Positions 1-13,827 of a stretch of DNA of 50,478 nucleotides are shown piece by piece. Each line of letters opens with the position of its first letter. Positions within the stretch are counted from its first letter, which is position 1. The stretch spans positions 161,445,701 to 161,496,178 of the forward strand of contig NC_068982.1 of the NCBI RefSeq assembly GCF_001194135.2. The letters are read 5' to 3'. The translations under genes and the position numbers were made by a program. The notes beneath the pieces were generated by a model. It made no database searches, had not been told where the DNA came from, and was given only the letters and a program-made list of their open reading frames with translations. The DNA comes from Octopus bimaculoides. Its lineage: Eukaryota.

Positions 1-422
1 TATATATATATATATATGTATATGTATGCATGTATGTATATATATATATATATTTATGTATATATTTATATGTATATATATATATATATTTATGTATATA
101 TTTATATGTATATGTATGCATGTATATATTTATATGTATGTATATATATACATATATTTGTATGTATGTATATATATGTGTATGTATGTATATATATGTG
201 TATGTATTTATATATGTATGTATATATAAATGTATACGTATATATTTATATGCATATGTATGTATGTATATATTTATATGTATATGTATTTATACGTATG
301 TATATGCATGTATAAATATATATATGTATATATGTATGTATATAAATATATATGTATGTATATATATATATGCATATGTATCTATATATGTGTATGTATG
401 TATATATATATACATATGTGTA

Positions 423-481
<59 letters not shown>

Positions 482-565
482 ATGTACATGTATATATATA
501 TATATATATGTGTGTGTATGTATATATATGTATCTCTGTATATGTATGTGTATGTATATACATAT
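1..565. repeat. Compound (TA)n/(TATG)n microsatellite
   Basis: Alternating purine/pyrimidine low-complexity tract; explains the Y/I/M/C/V ORFs. Confidence 0.97.
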
Positions 566-1259
566 AGTTGTGTTTGTGTACCTAGAGATCTTTAGGCAGA
601 CACACACATGATTATATAAATTGTCATGTGTATATATGTCTACCTAGAAATCTCAAGATATAAACATAAACATACAAGGGTTTAACTTCTGTTTAATGTG
701 GGAAATTTTTCAAATATTTTCAGGAATTGCTCATGAAATTTACCCATTCTGTTTGACTGAAAATATGTTGTATTTTTCCAATTCTGCAATACATATTTTA
801 ATTCTTAAATTTCTAATCATTTATCATTGATTTTTTTTTTTAATGTTAAGTTATTTATTGGGTGCACATATTCCTACTACTGTAACACATATGATAATTG
901 GTGTTAATTAGTTATAAAAAATATTAGTGTCTAGTTTTCCATCCCAATTTATTCTATGGATTTTTTGAATACTGGTTTTGTGGAGAAACTATTTTTTTTT
1001 AATTTGTGAATGTAAAAATATGGACGAAAATTTAAACCAGTGTTGTTATATCATTCTTAGTTTTAACCAAATGAAGGGCCATTTGATAAATAAATATGAT
1101 ATACAAAATATATTATTCTGGATAAAATGAAAGCTAGGGATGAAATATTTTTCTGAGATAAAAATTGCTGTGAAAAATTATGGCTAAAGAAATTAGAGAA
1201 AAAAACATTGAAAATTTCTTGGGAGATTTTTATTTCAAAATATCTGACAGGGTCTTGTC

Positions 1260-1511
1260 TCCTTAACGAAATGGCAATCATGACGAAAGCACAGGTTTGT
1301 TGCGATGATGTCACGGGAAAAAGTGTTCTTCCATGGTTCGACTGTGTGAATGTAGTCGTCAAGTTTATAGTGGTTCACTTTCAGTCTATATGTGTGTGTC
1401 TGTAAGTATGTGAGTCTGTAAGTGCGTGTGTGTGTGTGTGTTTTCTGTCTCACTTAGTCCCTTCGCAGATATTCAACTCTTCGTTTGCTTTTATTTTATC
1501 TCCGGCTTCAG
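1260..1511 (+). promoter_or_regulatory. Candidate promoter / non-coding first exon of the HP1BP3-like gene
   Basis: CpG-rich relative to the gene body; good donor CAG|GTAGGT after 1511; the coding exon at 14566 has an acceptor and needs an upstream exon. TSS position not determinable. Confidence 0.4.
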
Positions 1512-2970
1512 GTAGGTGATAGAAAATTAATAATTCTTTAACTATTCACAAATTTCCGCCGATGCTTTAGAGAGTTTTTAATTTTTTTTTTACCTGCGTT
1601 CAATTACTCTCTTTTTGCTATTTCATCTCACCTTGCCATCTGTTTATTTTTCTCAAGTAGTGTTTTGCAGGATGTTTTTGCTGAATTGATTTAAGAAAAA
1701 GATTCGCGTCAGTTGATAATGGCGCTTTTTAGCTAAACTCTCACTGCCTTCCTTGTTCACATAGAAATCTTGCATGCAACTTTGTTCATTTACATATACC
1801 TGCTTCATTTATTCTGTTTAGACTGTCTAGCAATATACATTTCTAGCATAGACCGAGGTTTTTCGTTTAACTTCGTAGGAGATTTTTAAAAACGTATATA
1901 AATAGTTACAAAATATGAAGACATGTAAATATGTGTTCATGTGTGTTATATGTAAATATGTGTATATTTTTATATAAATTTACATATTGTGTTGCTTTTA
2001 GTCTTACTGTAGGTTCTTCTTTCTCTTCATAACTATTCATAATTTATTCATTTGTAAAATAAAAGTGGCTGGTGGGGGTTTTGATATTTAGGCCATGCAA
2101 GCAGTCTTGTATACAGATGTTGCTGTTATGTATCGCTTTGGTTGAAATTTGCAACATCATTTCGAGATACTCTATATATGTATGTGTGTGCGCGCGTGTA
2201 TATCCCATTTAACTGCGGTCCTGTTCTTTTTTTCCCATTGATATCTATCCGTTATATTCATAGGATATATCTATAATATGTATTTATAAGTGTGCGTGTT
2301 TAACTGTGTTCGTTGCGCGTCATACCTCCTACATCTTAGCTTCTTCCTCCTCCCACGTATGTTTATTTCCTCCTACCCGTTCTTTTCGACCTCCTCCTGT
2401 CACTACTACTATCACAACTACGACGTTGTACAAGTTGCTAATTTACATAAATCTACTCTCTGCACTCCCTATTGGTCAGATCTTGGCACCATCATTGTTT
2501 TCCTCTCAACCAGCCCTGAATCTTTGAATGCACGTTTTGCTGTCTTAATTAATAGCAACACGGTAAGAAATGATGCTTTTTTCCCTTGATTGTATATTTC
2601 TTTATGGTCTGACAGATTGGCTTGAGCATTTTTCTGACTGCAAACAATGAAAATAACGTCTGCTGTCCATCAGTATAGTGCTGAAATGACGTCAAAATGT
2701 GTGTCATTACGAAAGGTCATCTGCTGATTAGTATTCAAAATGGCTACTAGTCACGCTTGTTGCCGTCGTCGTTCTGTTTCACACGTACATACACCTCGAT
2801 CTAGTTATCTGTCTGTCTTCTCCCTTGCTAATTCAATGTCTCAACATTACTAATTACCTTCGCTTTCATTTCATCTATTGTTATACTTTTCTTACTAATA
2901 CATACTTTCCCGCGATTTTGCTGATTTCACCACGAGCCAAAGAAGGGGCCGTTACGTTTTTCGCTCGATT

Positions 2971-3160
2971 AGCTAGAAATAGTTTACAAATTTCCTTCAA
3001 CTCACTCCCTATAGTGCTAAAAACAGGATACGTTGAATGATGTCATCCCATACACATTAGGTTTGTGAAATGAAAAAGGGCGGGATGGATGGTCGCAGCT
3101 CGAATGTTTTTGATCATAGGTTTTCTCAATCAGGTTTGCTGATTTGGGGTTAAACAACAA
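2971..3160 (+). mobile_element. Degenerate SINE-like dispersed repeat (related copies near 3270-3460, 4492-4670, 23911-24105, 35932-36124; reverse copies near 12165-12300, 23330-23490, 28930-29070, 38590-38820)
   Basis: Recurrent diverged motifs CTAGAAATAGCAGC...TTTGATCATAGG...TAAACAACAA at many positions; family name not established. Confidence 0.5.
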
Positions 3161-3931
3161 TCAAATACTCATCATGTCTGTATCTTTGCATAGTTTCTTC
3201 TAAATTGTAAACGCTTACTGAACATGCATTTCTGTTATTCCTTTGGAAATTCTACTTCTGTTTGCAACTAAACAAGGAGGCCTCTATGTAGTCGCTAACC
3301 CACTAGAAATCGTATCCCCATCTCCACGTCACACCCCACATAAAAAGGGGAAGGCCACATTGGATAATGATTCTAGATATACATAAAGACTGGATGGGTG
3401 GTCACGGTTGGAATGCATTTGGACATAGGGCTGATTGGAGACTAAACGACTAGTGATCCTCTTCATGGCCTCTCTATCTGCTAGAAGGAAGAGCCAAATC
3501 TTTAAACGACATCCTACCTTCTTCGTTAAAATGTAGGACATTGAATAGTGTAGTCTTCGATGCCACTGTTTGAATTAAATACGGGGACGATTATAGCTGG
3601 AACGTCTATTGATCAAAGGACTGTTCTGTCAGCGCTGACAGACCTCAACATTGCCGATTAGCAAGAGTGTCAAACATAGTGTTTATGGGCGACCATCACT
3701 ATTTACAAAAATACTGAATTACAGAAAAGACAAATCTGTTATAAGGATCTTGTTTGTGTGAGTGTGTAGTAGCGAATTTTCTAAATGAAAACAATCCTTC
3801 CATATTTGTGAATTTTGTGGTAATTTCATTACACTTAATATTTTTATGTATGTTACCAAGGAACCTGACCTAGCTGGTTGCCCACGCTAATGCACTTGGG
3901 TCTAAATAACTAGTTGCTGATACTTTCATTT

Positions 3932-3988
<57 letters not shown>

Positions 3989-6900
3989 CTTGCAGTGATC
4001 CTTTTATATTAGGACCATGAAGTTCAAAAGAATTAATAATACAACCATTCAAGGATTTCTTTGCTAGTGGAGTCGCTATCAGTCCTTCCTTAAATGCATA
4101 GTTTATGTTTTAAAAATAAGATCATTTGTTGCTGGTTAACTGAATTGCTGAAGCATTATTCACAGGAATCCCATTAAAGTTTCTGAAGTAATGATTTATA
4201 AAGCATTTCAACAGATAGTTATCCACAACATATGTATATTTATAGCTTTTTAAAATATAAAAATATGTAATTAAAACGGTTAGTAAACTCCACCACCTGC
4301 ACAAACGTAGTCTGTTTGTCATATGCATGTATATGTGTAGTGTGTGTGTGTGTTTAGTTTTCACCTGATGTTACGTTTTAGTTAAATACTCCGAATATTT
4401 TCTGCCAGTAATGTAATATATTTCTGTTCCAACCATTCTATTTTCGCTTTCCTCCACAACCAATTTCTCTCCAAGTTTACGAGAGAGCCTGTACGTGATT
4501 GTTGCACTTGCTAGAGATAGCAGCTAAATCACACCTTACATTTTTAATATATTAAAATATTGGATAGTATATCCTAAAAGACAAAAAAAAAAGGCCGATA
4601 TGATCGTGGTTGGCAGGCCTTTAACTATAGGTTTGCTCGATCGTGGTTTACGTTAAGGGTAAACAACAATAACCAGAGGTCTCATTGTAAACTACTCAGT
4701 TTCGCTTACATCGCTGGTGGTGATTTTCGGATACACAAACAGAAGTACTCAATATATAGTTTATTCGTGAGAAGCCTCCGTCACTACTCGTAGTTCCTCA
4801 CTACGTGCGATCCTTGAGGAACGAAAATAAAAATATGTGTGTATACTTTATAGGTGAAATTTACACCAACTACTAAAATTTGCACAGTTGCTATATTTTT
4901 CTCGCTTTACATTGTTTAGCCCTATTTTGCAGTGGCCAAGCAAACTTACCATCAGTCAATAGCGTTTCAGCCGTGATCAAACATTAATTTTTTTTCTCTT
5001 TTTACCATAATTTTATTTTCCAGTATGTCCCTTTTTTAAGATGGAATATTTAGAAGAACATTTAACAGCTATTTTTAGTAGATTGAGTGATCACGTAAAG
5101 GCTCCCTCGTCGTTAGTCTTATAATTTTGTTATATATACTATCTACGTGTTTCACGAAATCTTAAGAATTGTTTACATTCACCCGTGTTTATTTTTACCT
5201 CATCTCTCCGATGAAACGTTGTGCATAATTGATAAATTTATTTGATTTGTTCGAAAAGAAATAATAATGTTAGCCAGTGTTGCGTGTTTAATTTCAATAC
5301 TCTAGCTCAGATATTAGTGATATATTTTTCAAAATCTAAATTGTTAAAAGTTTTGATGTTATATCAACTGCTAACGTGTCTCATTCATTCGCGCGCGCGT
5401 ATAAATTCTGAAGCGATGCTATTGATTTCTGTTGCAGTATTTTCATTTCGTTCTGTTGCTAAACATATTGGAAGTAATCGTTGTTTAACATGGACATACT
5501 ACACCATCCATCTCTTATATATATATGTATGTATATATATATATATATATTAGCGTACGCTGTAATGTACAAGAGTATTCCATTTCGGATACTTACTGCC
5601 TATTGACCTTATTTTTATGTGTGCATAAACCCTTTCAGCTCCAAGTGTTGCCCCGCTCTCATGACATCAGTCAGTAGTCATGTAACACAATGTAATAAAG
5701 GGGCGGATAGACCGTTGTACGGTATATTCCAATATTTCATATAATGGAGAATGTGCTGTTTTATAGCAGCAAATGGGAACTTAGTAGCTCAGTGGAATTA
5801 ATGTAGAATTTCAGATTGGGATTCACCACGATTATAGTGATCAATATATATATACAGAGAGAGATATGCTTTTCTAAAAAAGAATTATATTTGATCCCCT
5901 GATTTTTAGCGACCACGATATATTATTTAGAGAAAATACTAATTTTAAATTATCGTATCTTGATATATGACAAATGTAATCAACGTAAACATATCGCTGC
6001 CAACATTATTGATTTCCATATCCATGTAGTAAACAGACTCCTTCCTTTATCGACACTATAGTTCTTTTTTCTTTTTTTGCTTTCTAGAATAAATTGACGT
6101 TGTTTATTTTTCTGTAATTTCCACCATTACAACCCCATTAAATAGGTGAAACGTTTATAAGCTATTTTTTGTTTTGAAATAAATACACTTATTTGTTTGT
6201 TTGTTTTCATTAAAAAAAATTCGAATCCTTTCTCGGCTAGTTGAAGTGCGAACAGGCGCTACTAACCACGAGATGTTGTGCTTTTTCACTACCTGTCTAG
6301 ATTAAACAATCGAGGATTTATATACACACACCTGTGTTGAATTATGCCAATACTGCCAGATTATCTTTCTGGATTACTTGCCCCTCCCCTCAATTTCTCT
6401 AAAGTTTATCGTCACACCCTTTCCCAACAATGACCTGAATTCATTTTATTCACTTTAAAAATTTGTTTGGCTCTTATTTTCTAATTATTTAGTACTTGTT
6501 ATTTAGACGTACCATAAAGAAGAAAAAATTGCTCATTCTCCATTTTACTCTGAAATTTTGTTTAAATTATTTGGGAGTTGCCATGATTGTGTGTGTAAGA
6601 GAGCGCGGCGGATATCTGACTAAAATTCTTCATTGATGTATATTTTTTAGTCACATTTTTTAATGTTGCCTGGTGATATATTTTGATGTTCAAATCAAGT
6701 TAATAAGAATATACGTATGTGCCTGTATGTATGCGCGTTACACACACATACCGTTGCTTGTTGTGATTATTTTGAGACGGAGCCTTTTAAATAACAATAA
6801 CTATTTGATAACATTTTGATACCATCCATAATCATAATAAACAACTTCTGCGTATGTGTTATATATGTGTGTTCGCGCACGCGTGCACATGAACGTTATA

Positions 6901-7071
6901 TGTGTGTGTTTGTTCAATACACATGTTGTGGAATTGTGGAGTCTACATGCTTCATTGTCATCAAAATATGTTGTACATGCATGTGCCAATACATCAAACA
7001 TTGTGTTTGTGCAGAGTTGAAATGACCAAATGAAAAAAACATCAGAATAATAAGTTTGTCAACCACAGCTG

Positions 7072-7633
7072 GGATCTATTTTAAAACGGGGGCCACATTT
7101 TTCATTAATGTTTTACGTAATGTTTTTGGTACGGAAAGACTTTCAAACTTCGTATACTTATCTATGTTGTGTTATAGAACAGAAAAATATTTTTGTATTC
7201 GGATTTATTTCATGTAAAAAATTGTCTTATTTCGATAATTTCAACCAATCACTGACAAGTATTCAGTTGTTTATATTTACTCCTTTGGCTGATTAAGCGA
7301 TGTAAAGCGTATTTAATCTCCATACCTTCGTTTTATTTGCTTTTTTCATTTTAAATTTGCTTTAACCCTAACCCTAGGGTTAGGGTTAGGGTTAATTGTT
7401 TCAGAATCGTTTGTTTATGTAGTCGGCACTTAATGTATATCGGCTGAATGGACGTCAGTGATTGGTTGAAATTACAGAAATACGACAACTTTAACATGGA
7501 ATAACTTATGGATTTCTTTTTTTTTTAAGAAGACTAAGAGAAAAAGATGTTTTATATGACACATTCTACCAGTGTTCCAAGTTTCAAAGTGTTTCGTTAA
7601 TGAAAAATGTGGCCCCCGTTTTAAAAAAGATCC
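7072..7633. mobile_element. Non-autonomous DNA transposon (MITE), 37-bp TIRs, 8-bp TSD; Merlin- or hAT-like
   Basis: TIRs 7072-7108 and 7597-7633 match at 36/37; TSD CACAGCTG at 7064-7071 and 7634-7641; internal 20-bp IR 7237-7256/7454-7473. Confidence 0.88.
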
Positions 7634-8289
7634 CACAGCTGTGTTATTGTATCATTGGCAGTACACTTAATTCTATATACTATTGGATTTCGAACTATTA
7701 CCTTCCACAGAATAGTGTCCTATACAATGGAAGGTTCACAGTATACTACCAGCGAAGGGGCAGGGCAAGGGGCTGAGCCCCTTGCCCTTTTGGTTGCCAA
7801 GGACACTTTTTTAAATATCTCACTATTGATTTTAGATTGAATGAATTTAAGTAATCTACAGCCAGATATTCTAACAGTTACTACCTTTTGGTATTGGTAT
7901 ATGCGCATATATAGTTATATATAATACTTTTCAGTGTTATATATGCATATACATAGTTATATATATAATATAATACTTATTGAAAAGCTTTAACTCATTG
8001 AGTCAAAGTTAGTATATCAAAAGCTGAAGCTAGGTTTGATGTCATTTGTTATGATGTCTTGGCAGCCAGAGTTTCATGGCGGCAAGTTGTGAATGTGAAT
8101 CTTCAATCTGCAGTCTAGAACTTTTATGATCAAATAGGCTAAAACGTGTACTATCCCTGAGCCAGTAGGAAGATCTACATTAAGAGTGTGCGCAACACTT
8201 GCCCAGGATTGATAGGTCTCCTGTACTTTTCAGCTGGTACCTATATGTATTACCCAGTCTCTTGTTCACCACATACTTGTACTCTACCT

Positions 8290-9150
8290 CTCCTGTAGGT
8301 TAAAATTACACGTCCAGTAAACCTTACTTGACTCATTTCTCTCTAGCATTCACAGATCTACAACCAATGCCTCACTGTCATAGCATTGCCCTTCTTATAT
8401 ATGTTGCATACAATTTGTTTTATATACAAGAGCCCTATTTTGATAACAGAGATAACTCACTAAACATTTTTCACGTGTTTACTCTAGTTTTCCCTACAAC
8501 CTCACTAGTTAAGTCACATAGGTCACAGAACCTATCAACTACTTAATTCCTGTATCTTGATTAATTTTCCTATTATTTCACTGCATTTAGTGTGTCTTCA
8601 TTGTTCACATAGTGTACACTGTATCAGGTTTCTAAATATTGAGCAAAGCCACTTTTCAGCTGTCATTACAATTTTGTGCCTTCCTTTACCAACTAGTACA
8701 TTATATTTTTCATATTAATATTTAGACCTTTGGACTATAAATTTTTGTTAGATTCTAGCACCAACTAGCATCAAGTTACCAGTATATAAAACTTACTGAG
8801 AGTATACAATCTTGATATACTATACTATTGTCCAAATATCAATAGATGTTGAGACAGTTCTAGTGAACATACCTTTACACTAAAGTTCTCTTTAAACTCA
8901 TTGTCAACCTAAATCTTGCAGCACTCTCATAGATATCTTGACAAACAATTCATCTACACTTTGTTTTCTCAGTACCTTTCTATCTACAGATCACCTTCAT
9001 ATCTAACAAGAAATATGGCATCTGGAAATCTACATTCTAGTATCAACTCAAAGTATCATACTTAAGCTATCCGGTATATATTATTTGTCATGACTTTTTA
9101 GTCAATCATTAGAAATAACACCCTTTCTACTTGATTAATTAAACATGTAA
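8290..9150 (-). mobile_element. Old, highly decayed RTE LINE RT fragment
   Basis: Reverse complement resembles the LEIVDSFRYLGD and KGRLYDAC...AMLHGSE regions of the younger copy at 39184-39918; no open frame. Confidence 0.45.
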
Positions 9151-9154
9151 TTAT

Positions 9155-9426
9155 ATCATCATCATCGTTTAACGTCCGCTTTCCATGTTAGCATGGGTTG
9201 GACGATTTGACTGAGGACTGGTGAACCAGATGGCTACACCAGGATCCAATCTGATTTGGCAGAGTTTCTACAGCTGGATGCCCTTCCTAACGCCAACCAC
9301 TCCGAGAATGTAGTGGGTGCTTTTACGTGTCAATGGCACGAAGGCCAGTCAGGCAGTATTGGCAACGGCCACGCTCAAAATGGTGTATTTTACGTGCCAT
9401 CTGCACAGGAGCCAGTCCAGCGGCAC
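9155..9426 (-). mobile_element. RTE-type LINE 3' end / RTE-tailed SINE
   Basis: (CAT)n tail then CGTTTAACGTCCGCTTTCCATG...GGATGCCCTTCCTAACGCCAACC, reverse complement of 21120-21306. Confidence 0.85.
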
Positions 9427-9818
9427 TATATATGTTCTAAATTTTCAGCATCTTCACAACTAATCCTGAAGGACCTATTGCTTTCTGTCCCTGCATGTCC
9501 TTACTTGATTTACTATTATCATTTAATTTACTTATACAGTTATCTCCTTTATTGATTTCATTTTAAGAAATCCATGATATTTCTATATTCTGCGTTTACA
9601 ACCTCTCAGTAACACTTTCATGTCTTTTTCTTATCTCTGTCACCCAGACTAATTGTGCTATTGCTATTTAGATGAGATCTCTGTTCAGTGACATTCTGTT
9701 ATACTTTATACTCCTAACTTTGCATTAGAGAAGATTAGCCAACCTCTTCCTTTCAGGTTTTTCCTAGCTACTAACTACTTTTTATATATTGCTGCTTGCT
9801 ACTCTCTATATTTTTTTT

Positions 9819-9995
9819 GTTCCTCCATGGTTTAAATCTTATTGCCCTATCTACTATACTATTCTATCACCATGCTACCCACTGCCTGAGTGGAGCATTA
9901 CTCGTTCCTCCCAGGCCCATGGTTTAAATCTTATTGCCCTATCTACTATACTATTCTATCACCATGCTACCCACTGCCTGAGTGGAGCATTACTC
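9819..9995. repeat. Local tandem duplication with identical 79-bp copies
   Basis: 9825-9903 is identical to 9917-9995. Confidence 0.92.
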
Positions 9996-10544
9996 CAGTC
10001 ACAAAGTTTATCAGTAGATTGTCCCTTAGGAATGCCTATCAATCTACTACCTATCAGAATAGCTAGTGTGTGAGTTGAAAGTTATACCTAATGAGATTTA
10101 AATTTCTGCTTTTCTAGTTGTATTTTGTATTTTAGTGGTTTATAACTTCAGAGATTAATAAAACTAACTTATATTGAAGATGGGATCACTTCTTGCTGGG
10201 AGGAGAGAACCTCTTTGATATTTTGTATATCTCTTGTAAAAACAGTCAATTTCACTTTTCCAATTGATAGCTGTTGATTTTTTCAAAATCCATGTTGAAA
10301 ACAATAAGCTAATTCAAGAGCTCTGTTCTTTTATAATTTTCAAGTTGTTTTTTCTTTGGCAATTTAAATTGTATGTTTGATGCATTGGTTGCAGTGCTGT
10401 TCCATGATTTAAGATTTGTGTGGTAAATTTTAGTGAAACATTTAATAAAATGATATTTCTGATAAGAGTAATAGTAAGGAGTTATTGTTTTCTTCTTTCT
10501 CATTCCCATTGAAGGCAAAATGGTGAAAGCAGAATTAGTAGTAT

Positions 10545-10925
10545 GGCATGTGCTGGTGCCATGTAAAAAGCGCTAGCACCAGCATCACGTAAAAAGTACT
10601 TGCGCCAGCGTCACATAAAAAGTACTTGCGCCAGCATCACATAAAAAGTACTTGTGCCAGCGTCACATAAAAAGTACTTGCGCCGGCGTCACATAAAAAG
10701 TACTTACTCCAGTGTCACATAAAAAGTACTTGCGCCAGCATCACATAAAAAACACTCATACTGGTGCCTCACAAAAGGCACTTGTGCTAGTGCCATGTAA
10801 AAGCACCCAGCACATTGTTAAGTGATTGATGTTAGAAAGGGCATCCAGCCATAGAGATCAGACTGATGGAGCCTGGGCAGCTCTCCATGAAAACAGCATG
10901 GAAAACAGACGTTGAATGATGATGA
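10545..10925 (+). mobile_element. RTE-type 3' end with expanded 26-bp tandem array (10583-10790)
   Basis: Six near-identical units CRTCACATAAAAAGTACTTGCGCCAG plus two degenerate units, then GGGCATCCAGC...AGCATGGAAA...(GAT)n tail. Confidence 0.75.
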
Positions 10926-11286
10926 CATTTGACCATATTACCATGTGATCAGCTGTCCAGCCTGTTAACTTCACAACCATTGTCACTCCATTTGTCTCTC
11001 TCTCTCTCTCTCAGTATGTTGATAGTTTTGTAAGATATTTCCAATTTACTTTTCTAATTTAGTAGGCATCAGATGGACTTTGAGTTATAATGTTATTAAA
11101 TTTCACTAACACAAGTTTATTCAAACTTTGTTGAGCAGTGTAATAAATATAATAACGATGTTTCTCATTAGTGCAAGACCACTTTAATTTGGCCCCAGTC
11201 CATGTCTGATCATAATTTATTGAACTTACATGTGCAATAAAGCTCTCCCTACTTCTCTCAGTAGGATTTGAATTGAGGACATAGGT

Positions 11287-11541
11287 ATCATCATCATAAT
11301 CATCATCATCGTTTAACGTCCGCTTTCTATGCTAGCATGGGTTGGACGATTTGACTGAGTACTGGTGAACCAGATGGCTACACCAGACTCCAATCTGATT
11401 TGGCAGAGTTTCTACAGCTGGATGCCCTTCCTAATGCCAACCATTCCGAGAGTGTAGTGGGTGCTTTTACGTGCCACCGGCACGAAGGCCAGTCAGGCGG
11501 GATTGGCAACGGCCAATTTTCAAAATGGTGTATTTTACATC
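11287..11541 (-). mobile_element. RTE-type LINE 3' end / RTE-tailed SINE
   Basis: Closely similar to 9155-9426; (CAT)n tail. Confidence 0.85.
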
Positions 11542-13771
11542 CCACTTTTCTGTTACTTAAGTAATAATAATGATACACACCTATAGAAAGACTATTTCTT
11601 GTGACAAGATCTTAACTTTAATGGTCTTGTTGAGTTTTCATTTCATCCCTCTTGATCAATAGTTTAGTATTATACTTCCCTTGAGAATGTTTTAAATGCA
11701 GCTTTATATGTATTATCTGAATCGAAGATGAGATAGACATGGCTAGATTTACTGTGTCAGAGCTTGTCTATGAGCATGTAATAACCAAGGCAAGAGAAAC
11801 TAACTAAGCATCCGTAAACAATAGCCTTGGTGAACATTGGAGCTGTCTATTTGCGATTCACTACAATTCATATAAATATGTAAAACATCTGATTAACCCA
11901 GATGTTTTATAATATTTAAAGTTCCATCTATATCCTACTGTTAGAGGTAGGGTTTTGACTTTCACTTCAGGGTTCTTGAAGTAAGTAACAATAAAATATT
12001 GACTGTAAACAACCTCTACATAGTATGTAAGGAGGGTATTTTTAACTAAATGTAATTCTGTGTTCAATTTTAGTGGACACTTAGAGATCTATCCCACTAT
12101 GCTTTTATATGCTTTTAAAAAGTATTATTGATCTAAAGGAATTGACAACATTGGTCAATATACCTACGACCATACCATTCCAGCCATGACCATCCTGTCT
12201 TTTTAGGGTGCATCTTAAATTACATTATCTAACATGCCCTCTCTTTTTGGAAAATGGTTGACTGTAAATTTGGCTGCTATTATTCTTTGCAAGTTAAGTA
12301 ACCATTGACTCAAGTATACAGGAATTCAGAAAGCAAGCAAAATAACAAGGGAGTTAACTAAGCTACTATTATATACAAGTCCAGGTAAAAGTTTTAACTG
12401 CATCCCTCTAAAATGGAGTACCAAAACTAATGGCTCTACAGCAGGAAATTGAGTCATTTTCATATAGTTTGTAAATGGAAATACCTAACATTTCAAATAG
12501 AGACCTTCACCATGCAGCCTTTATTGACAAGTACTGCTAAATAGTCTTATCAAATTCCAAAAATAGATTATAAATAACTTACAATATATCTCAATATTTT
12601 GAATTGTTCAAAACCCACTTGGGTTAATTACCTTTCATCTTTCCAGAACCACTTAAATTAATATTAATAATATACTTTGGTTGAATTAGTTATACACACC
12701 TTCTTTCCAAACTTGTTTAATCAAAGAGACTAAATTTATCCATGTCAGAGAAAAAAAAACCCATAGCCATTACTTGCAAGTGAGTATTACTTGGTAGCGT
12801 GTACTATGCTATTGCAAATTGTTTTAAGTGCCTTTGTGATCATAAGCTGATGTAGACACCCTCTCAGTCTCCCATTCTTGAAACCAGTGAACATCCAGGA
12901 TATAACTGCTAGGAGGAGAGAGGGCTGCACCAGCACTCTGCTGGCATTTATTTTCAGTTTATTATCCTAGAGTAACCTGAAATGAAGTGACTTGCTTAAG
13001 AAGACAAGTGCCACCTGGTTCAGGAATTGAACTTACAGCCTTATGATTGTGATCTCAACACCCTGATAACTTGGTCACATACTTTTACTTGTAAACAGAA
13101 TCATTTGTCAAGATAACTGTGATAAACAAGGGATCATCTTTAGTGGTATTTGTGAGAGAGAAGTTGTGATATTCATGCCTTTTCTCAAATTATTACCAAC
13201 AGAAGTAAAATGAAAGAACTATATATTGGAAATATAAGTTCTCTCTAGCTCCTAAATTAAGAATGGGTACTTTCAGTGTCACTACCTTTTAATGAAGTTA
13301 GCTTTGCTTTCATTTAAGTAACCTATCAAGTTTTTTTTATGAATTGTAAATCATTATCTTGTTGGACTCCTTTCAACTCAAATGATCATCAAGGCTAATG
13401 TTTTTAGATGCCTGCAAAATAAATAATAAATAATTTGTTGTGGTTTTCTACGAGTCACTGTATACTATTTCAATGGATATTTTTTCGTTCTCACTTAGCT
13501 TCAATACATTTCTGGTATACTGCATCAGTTTTGTATTGTGCAAATAACAGATTATGCATTCAGGATAGTTGTATAACAAGGGAGGTAACTAAGTTATTGT
13601 CTAAAGTTCGGTAAGTTTTCCTTGCCAATAATAGCACTCACTCCAAAATTATATTCTCATAAAGAAATATATTGACATCAAAAATATTTTATCAAGTTTA
13701 AGTGGGGCTCTTTTCCAAAAGATTTGTGTCTTAATAGTCATTAAAGTGCAACAAGTCTGAAGTGAAATTAT

Positions 13772-13827
<56 letters not shown>

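Noticed and set aside
16-611. Long Y/I/M/C/V-rich ORFs on both strands
   Set aside because: Translation artefacts of the TA/TATG microsatellite.
7363-7394. TTAGGG repeats as a telomere or chromosome-fusion scar
   Set aside because: Only about five units and internal to a TIR/TSD-bounded MITE.
10583-10790. Regularly spaced repeats resembling a CRISPR array
   Set aside because: Head-to-tail units with no unique spacers, inside a eukaryotic retroelement; no cas genes.
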